Translations under genes and position numbers: made by a program | The notes under the pieces: model-generated | What the model was told of the DNA's origin: nothing | The model's database searches: none | Seen by the model: the letters and a program-made list of their open reading frames with translations, nothing else | Part shown: positions 60,368 to 64,000 of the stretch, piece after piece | How positions within the stretch are numbered: the first letter of the stretch is position 1 | How the letters are laid out: the number at the start of each line of letters is the position of its first letter | Source: Myxococcales bacterium | GTDB lineage: Bacteria > Myxococcota > Myxococcia > Myxococcales > 40CM-4-68-19 | Direction: 5' to 3' | Assembly: GCA_020201435.1 (NCBI GenBank) | Contig: JAIVGS010000002.1 | Coordinates: 8,529 to 72,528 of the forward strand | Length of the DNA stretch: 64,000 nt

Positions 60368-60963
60368 GGCTGGTGAACGCCGTTCACCGCGCGGCCGCGA
60401 TCCTTCTCGCCGGCGCTGCCTGCGGCAACGACGCGGGCGCCGGCGCCACCTTCGAGGGGTCCATCCACGGCTTGGCCATGCAGCCAAAAGACGCCATCTC
60501 CTCGCCGGCGACGGTCGCGTTCTCCTCCGGCTCGGCGCCAGTCGCCGCGATCGTGATCGGCGACGTGCCCCAACTCTGCGCGAAGGTGAGCGCCAACCTC
60601 GAGCCCAGGAGCTCGACGCTGCTGCTGCTCTTCCTCGCCGACGTGAACCCGGTCAGCGGCGCGATCCAGCCGGCGGCCGGAACCGGATCGTTTCCGGTCT
60701 TCAGGATCGGCAACGGCGCCGCCCCACCTCACTTCGCCATGGCCTCGTTCGGAGCGAACGACGCGACCTGCCACGCCATCGACGCCGATTCCGCCGACGC
60801 GGTCACCGGCTCCGTCACGCTCACCGCCAACGGGGCGGGGGCGTACAGCGGCATGTACGATCTCACCTTCGACAGCGGCGACCACGTCACCGGTTCGTTC
60901 CACACCGGTACCTGCCAGGCTTTGAGCGACTACCTCACCCGGTTCACGCACGATTGCGGGTGA
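60364..60963 (+). CDS. Hypothetical secreted protein / possible lipoprotein
   Basis: ORF 60364..60963 (199 aa). It has a signal-like N-terminus ending ILLAGAACGN (weak lipobox), Cys pairs, and an ATGA-type overlap with gshB. Confidence 0.55.
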   Translation: MRLVNAVHRAAAILLAGAACGNDAGAGATFEGSIHGLAMQPKDAISSPATVAFSSGSAPVAAIVIGDVPQLCAKVSANLEPRSSTLLLLFLADVNPVSGAIQPAAGTGSFPVFRIGNGAAPPHFAMASFGANDATCHAIDADSADAVTGSVTLTANGAGAYSGMYDLTFDSGDHVTGSFHTGTCQALSDYLTRFTHDCG

Positions 60964-60968
60964 AGTTC

Positions 60969-61003
60969 TTGGTCAAATGACCAAATCGTTCAAATCGCTC
61001 AAG
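60969..61003. repeat. TTGGTCA-NN-TGACCAA family, long (35-nt) form: TTGGTCAAATGACCAAATCGTTCAAATCGCTCAAG
   Basis: Read directly. It is intergenic, between two convergent stops (60963 and 61015). Confidence 0.9.
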
Positions 61004-61014
61004 CGGGCTCGAGT

Positions 61015-61521
61015 TCAACGGCGTGGCTTGACGGGCTCGAGCCGGATCTGCGTCCGCTCGTCCTCGTTCTCGTCGGCGACCTCGGTGAGCCGGTTGCCGG
61101 CGCGGCGGAGCCGCCGGCAGAGCTCGCGGTTGATGTTCTGCAGCACCAGCACGTAGCCTTTCACGTCGTCGCGGTAGAGCTGGTACAGGTCGAGGTTGGT
61201 CAGCTCCCAGAGGCGCGCGTCGCGCTCGACGACCACCGTGAACGGCCGCGGCTGCATCTCGATCAGCGTCATCTCGCCGAAGAAATCTCCCTCGAAGAAC
61301 CGCATCAACCGCACGGTCCCGCCCGACCCGCCGGCCTGGTTCGCGACCAGCTCACCGGAGTGGACGACGTACATCGACTTGCCGGCCTCGCCCTCGCGGA
61401 AGACGTCCGAGCCGGTCTCGTAGCTGCGCTCGACCAGCATCTTCACCAGCCGGTTCATCGTCTCGTCCGGCAGGCCGCCGAAGAACGGCGTGCGCGAGAG
61501 GAATTCCTTCAGCTCGCTCAT
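61015..61521 (-). CDS. Cyclic-nucleotide-binding domain protein (single domain)
   Basis: ORF 61015..61785, from M89. The sequence reads FLSRTPFFGGLPDETMNRLVKML...GDFFGEMTLIE...RPFTVVV. No HTH is seen. Confidence 0.75.
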   Translation of the reverse strand: MSELKEFLSRTPFFGGLPDETMNRLVKMLVERSYETGSDVFREGEAGKSMYVVHSGELVANQAGGSGGTVRLMRFFEGDFFGEMTLIEMQPRPFTVVVERDARLWELTNLDLYQLYRDDVKGYVLVLQNINRELCRRLRRAGNRLTEVADENEDERTQIRLEPVKPRR

Positions 61522-61582
61522 GATCGGACTGTAGCGCACCCGGGGCGCGGCGGCCGCGGCGGCGGCCGGATAACTTGGCCGG

Positions 61583-62128
61583 ATGACCAAGGCCGACAAG
61601 GCGAGCGACCTGTCCGAGGCCGCGCTGGCCCTCGACCACGAGCTGCGCCGCTTCGAAGACCTCGCCGCGCAGGCCGCCCGGATCCGCCTCAACACCGAAA
61701 AGAACGTCGAGCGCGCGACCGACGCGCTCTCTCGCGCCGCCGAGAGCCAGGACCGGATCAACGCCATCGTCCAGCAGTTGGTCAAGGCGGTGGGTGCGGC
61801 GCGTCAGAAGCAGGAATCCGACGCCGCCGCGCTGATCGCCCGCGCCCAGGAGATCGCGGCCCGCCGCAAGCAGTTTGCCGACGTGCTGCAGCGGATGGCC
61901 GGCCTTGGTCAAATGGCCAAGGAAGTGCAGGAGCTGCTCAAGTCCGGCCCCGGGAACTTCGACGAGATCCAGCAGCGGATGCAGAGAGTGGCCGACGACG
62001 CCGCCGAGATCGGCAAGGCAGCGCAAGACCAGGACATGGAAGACCTCTCCCGCCAGGCCGACGTCCTCCGCCAGCAGGTCCTCTCCGCGAAGAACAAGGT
62101 TTCGATCCTCGCCGCCAAAAAAAGCTGA
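61583..62128 (+). CDS. Hypothetical coiled-coil protein
   Basis: ORF 61583..62128 (181 aa). It is Ala/Gln/Glu-rich with a heptad-like sequence and good codon bias. It contains one palindrome copy. Confidence 0.55.
   Translation: MTKADKASDLSEAALALDHELRRFEDLAAQAARIRLNTEKNVERATDALSRAAESQDRINAIVQQLVKAVGAARQKQESDAAALIARAQEIAARRKQFADVLQRMAGLGQMAKEVQELLKSGPGNFDEIQQRMQRVADDAAEIGKAAQDQDMEDLSRQADVLRQQVLSAKNKVSILAAKKS
61905..61920. repeat. TTGGTCA-NN-TGACCAA family copy (TTGGTCAAATGGCCAA, 1 mismatch)
   Basis: Read directly, inside the coiled-coil gene. It encodes LGQMAK. Confidence 0.75.
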
Positions 62129-62236
62129 ACTGCGCACCGCGAAGACGCGAAGGGGCTGGGTTTGGCAACCAACGCCGCCACGCATGAACCGGAAACCTTT
62201 GCGCCTTCGCGCCTTCGCGGTGCGATTTTGTTTTAG
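62118..62236. repeat. Hairpin repeat element, copy E4
   Basis: The arm CACCGCGAAGACGCGAAGGGG (62135-62154) pairs with CCTTTGCGCCTTCGCGCCTTCGCGGTG (62196-62222). It lies between two convergent stops (62128 and 62240). Confidence 0.8.
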
Positions 62237-62239
62237 CCT

Positions 62240-64000
62240 TTAGGAGACGGCCCGCAGACGCGCCTGCTTGCGGGGCACGCGCAGGACGAACTCCGCCCCC
62301 GGACCGGGGCGCACTTCGAGCGTCCCGCCGAGACTTTGCATGACTCGCCACGCGATCGTCAGCCCCAGCCCCATCCCGCGCCCGGGCCCCTTGGTGGTGA
62401 AGAACGGCGTGAAAATCCGCGCCATCTCTTCCGCCTTCACGCCCGGCCCGTTGTCCTTCACCGACATCACGACGCTTTCGCCCTCGACGTACCCGCGCAC
62501 TCGAACCAGCCCGCTCACGTCGGGCGAGGCCTCGATCGCGTTCTGCAACAGGTTGGTCAGGACCTGGTTGAACTCCTCCGGCACGCACTCCACCGTCCCG
62601 TCTCCGATCAGGTCGGTCTCGACCTTCACCGCCCGCCCCGTCGCCGGCAGGACCATCGCGATCGCCTCCCGCGCCGCCGCGAACACGTCGTGCGGCCGGA
62701 TCGCCCGCGTATACCCCGCCCGCCCGTACGACGACATCAGCTCGACCGTCCCCGCGATCCGCTTGATCCCGCTCTCGGCGATGTCGAACAGCTCGCGCAT
62801 CCGCGCCGCCGTCTTCGAAACCTCCTCGGCAGACAGCTTCCCCTCGACCAGCGCGGAAGCGTCGATCCGCACCCTCGCGAGCGCATTCTTCAAGTAATTC
62901 AACGGGTTATTGATCTCGTGCGCGAGCCCGCCGGCGACGATCTCGAGCGAGTCCATCCGCTGCGTCAGCACGATGTCCGCGGTCGTCGCCTGCTGCTGCA
63001 CGAGCGCCCGCGCATTCGTCAACAGCTCGCGCGGCGAAAAGGGCTTCGCCAGGTACGCATTGACGCCCGTCTCGATGCCCTGCACCCGCGCGTCGAGGTC
63101 GCCGCGAGCCGTGAGCATCAGGATCGGAATGTGCCGCGTCTCTTCCGACGCCCGCAGCCGCCGGGTCAGCTCGAGCCCATCGATCCCCGGCATCATGAGA
63201 TCGGCGATGATCAGCGAGGGCCGCTCGCGCACGGCCATCTCCAGGCCCTTCAAGCCGTCCTCGGCGGAGACGACCTTGAAGTGCGACCGCAGCGACTGGT
63301 GCACGAGGCGAATGATGTCCGGCGTATCGTCGACCACGAGCGCCACGTGCGGCCGGAGGTGCTCGTCGATGTCCCGCAGCGACACGCGCCGCTCGGTCGC
63401 CTCGGCGATGTCGAGCAGCCGGTATTCGTCCCGCGCCGCCATCTGCACCGCGAAGTCCATCAGCCCCCGGTCGTTCGCGCGCGCCCCCGCCGGCACGTCC
63501 CGCGTCGGCCCGCGCCGCTCGAGCACCTCGGTCCGGAAGTGCTCGCGGTCCTTCATCAGCTCGACCGTGAACCGCGCGCCGGAAACCGACTCGGCGCGGA
63601 TCCGGCCGCCGTGCAGCCCGACGATCTCCTTCGCCAGCGCGAGCCCGATCCCGGTCCCCCCGTACCGCCGCGTCCCGCCCATGTCGACCTGGTAGAAGCG
63701 CTCGAAGATCTGCTCCGCCTTCTCCGGCGGAAAGCCCGGCCCGTCGTCCTGGACCAGCACCAGCACCGACGCCCCGACGTCGTCGAGCCGCACCAGGATG
63801 TGCCCGCCCGGCGGGGTGAACTTGGTCGCGTTCGACAGCAGGTTCAAGAAGACCCGCTCGAGCCGCTCGATGTCGCACCAGACCATACACTTCTCTTCCG
63901 GCACCGACAGCCGCAGCTCGATCCCCTTCCGCTCCGCCAGCGGCTGCACCTGCGCGACCAGGCCGCGCAGGTACTCCCCGAGGTCCTGCTCCGCGATCTT
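62240..64000 (-). CDS. Hybrid sensor histidine kinase/response regulator (HATPase - REC - HisKA - HATPase); the 5' end lies beyond the window
   Basis: ORF 62240..63949, and the frame stays open to 64000. The first ATPase has NLLSNATKFTPPGG...DDGPGF...GGTGIGLA. The REC domain has VVDDTPD...DLMMPGIDG...KPF. The second core has GGLAHEINNPL and NLLQNAIEA...DNGPGV...GMGLGL. Confidence 0.85.
   Translation of the reverse strand, partial: KIAEQDLGEYLRGLVAQVQPLAERKGIELRLSVPEEKCMVWCDIERLERVFLNLLSNATKFTPPGGHILVRLDDVGASVLVLVQDDGPGFPPEKAEQIFERFYQVDMGGTRRYGGTGIGLALAKEIVGLHGGRIRAESVSGARFTVELMKDREHFRTEVLERRGPTRDVPAGARANDRGLMDFAVQMAARDEYRLLDIAEATERRVSLRDIDEHLRPHVALVVDDTPDIIRLVHQSLRSHFKVVSAEDGLKGLEMAVRERPSLIIADLMMPGIDGLELTRRLRASEETRHIPILMLTARGDLDARVQGIETGVNAYLAKPFSPRELLTNARALVQQQATTADIVLTQRMDSLEIVAGGLAHEINNPLNYLKNALARVRIDASALVEGKLSAEEVSKTAARMRELFDIAESGIKRIAGTVELMSSYGRAGYTRAIRPHDVFAAAREAIAMVLPATGRAVKVETDLIGDGTVECVPEEFNQVLTNLLQNAIEASPDVSGLVRVRGYVEGESVVMSVKDNGPGVKAEEMARIFTPFFTTKGPGRGMGLGLTIAWRVMQSLGGTLEVRPGPGAEFVLRVPRKQARLRAVS

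Overview
This is a strongly G+C-rich, gene-dense bacterial chromosomal window. I support about 55 protein-coding genes on both strands, many joined by 1-4 nt start/stop overlaps (operons). I found no rRNA, tRNA, CRISPR array, transposase, integrase or phage genes. Gene content is mostly housekeeping or envelope related:
- marR-tolC-MFP-RND efflux operon, ClC channel, benzoate-CoA-ligase-like enzyme, propeller/GGDEF diguanylate cyclase
- LPS-core genes (Kdo-hydroxylase-like, GT9, GT4), BlaI/BlaR1-like pair, truB
- two DNA end-joining modules (ligD; ligC plus Prim-Pol)
- aminotransferase-kbl-tdh operon, MFS transporter, AIF-like oxidoreductase, cereblon/CULT protein, rsmE, bpt, yjbQ, glpD
- VIT-VWA protein, WD40 Ser/Thr kinase, lon, HAD-ATPase/MoxR/VWA operon, M20 peptidase, rhomboid, glgB, gshB, hybrid histidine kinase

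The gene content (WD40 kinases, M56 sensors, many cNMP/c-di-GMP proteins) suggests a Myxococcota- or Acidobacteriota-like organism; this is inference only.

The most interesting signals are not genes:
1. An A+T-rich 16-bp inverted repeat, TTGGTCA-NN-TGACCAA, occurs 10 times (6 exact, 4 with one mismatch). Most copies lie inside unrelated ORFs in different codon phases or exactly at gene ends. Three copies share a longer ~35-nt consensus.
2. A family of four ~100-120 bp intergenic hairpin elements has arms built from reiterated octamers. One copy shows fully compensated arm changes.
3. A nested 35-bp inverted-repeat structure sits between the ClC and CoA-ligase genes.
4. A long inverted repeat encloses a purine tandem repeat in the marR/clc divergent region.
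5. Two identical 18-bp palindromes sit in front of the blaI-like gene.

Limits: everything was read by eye plus the supplied ORF track. Start codons are best guesses. Family assignments rest on recognised motifs, not searches. Degenerate repeat copies may have been missed.
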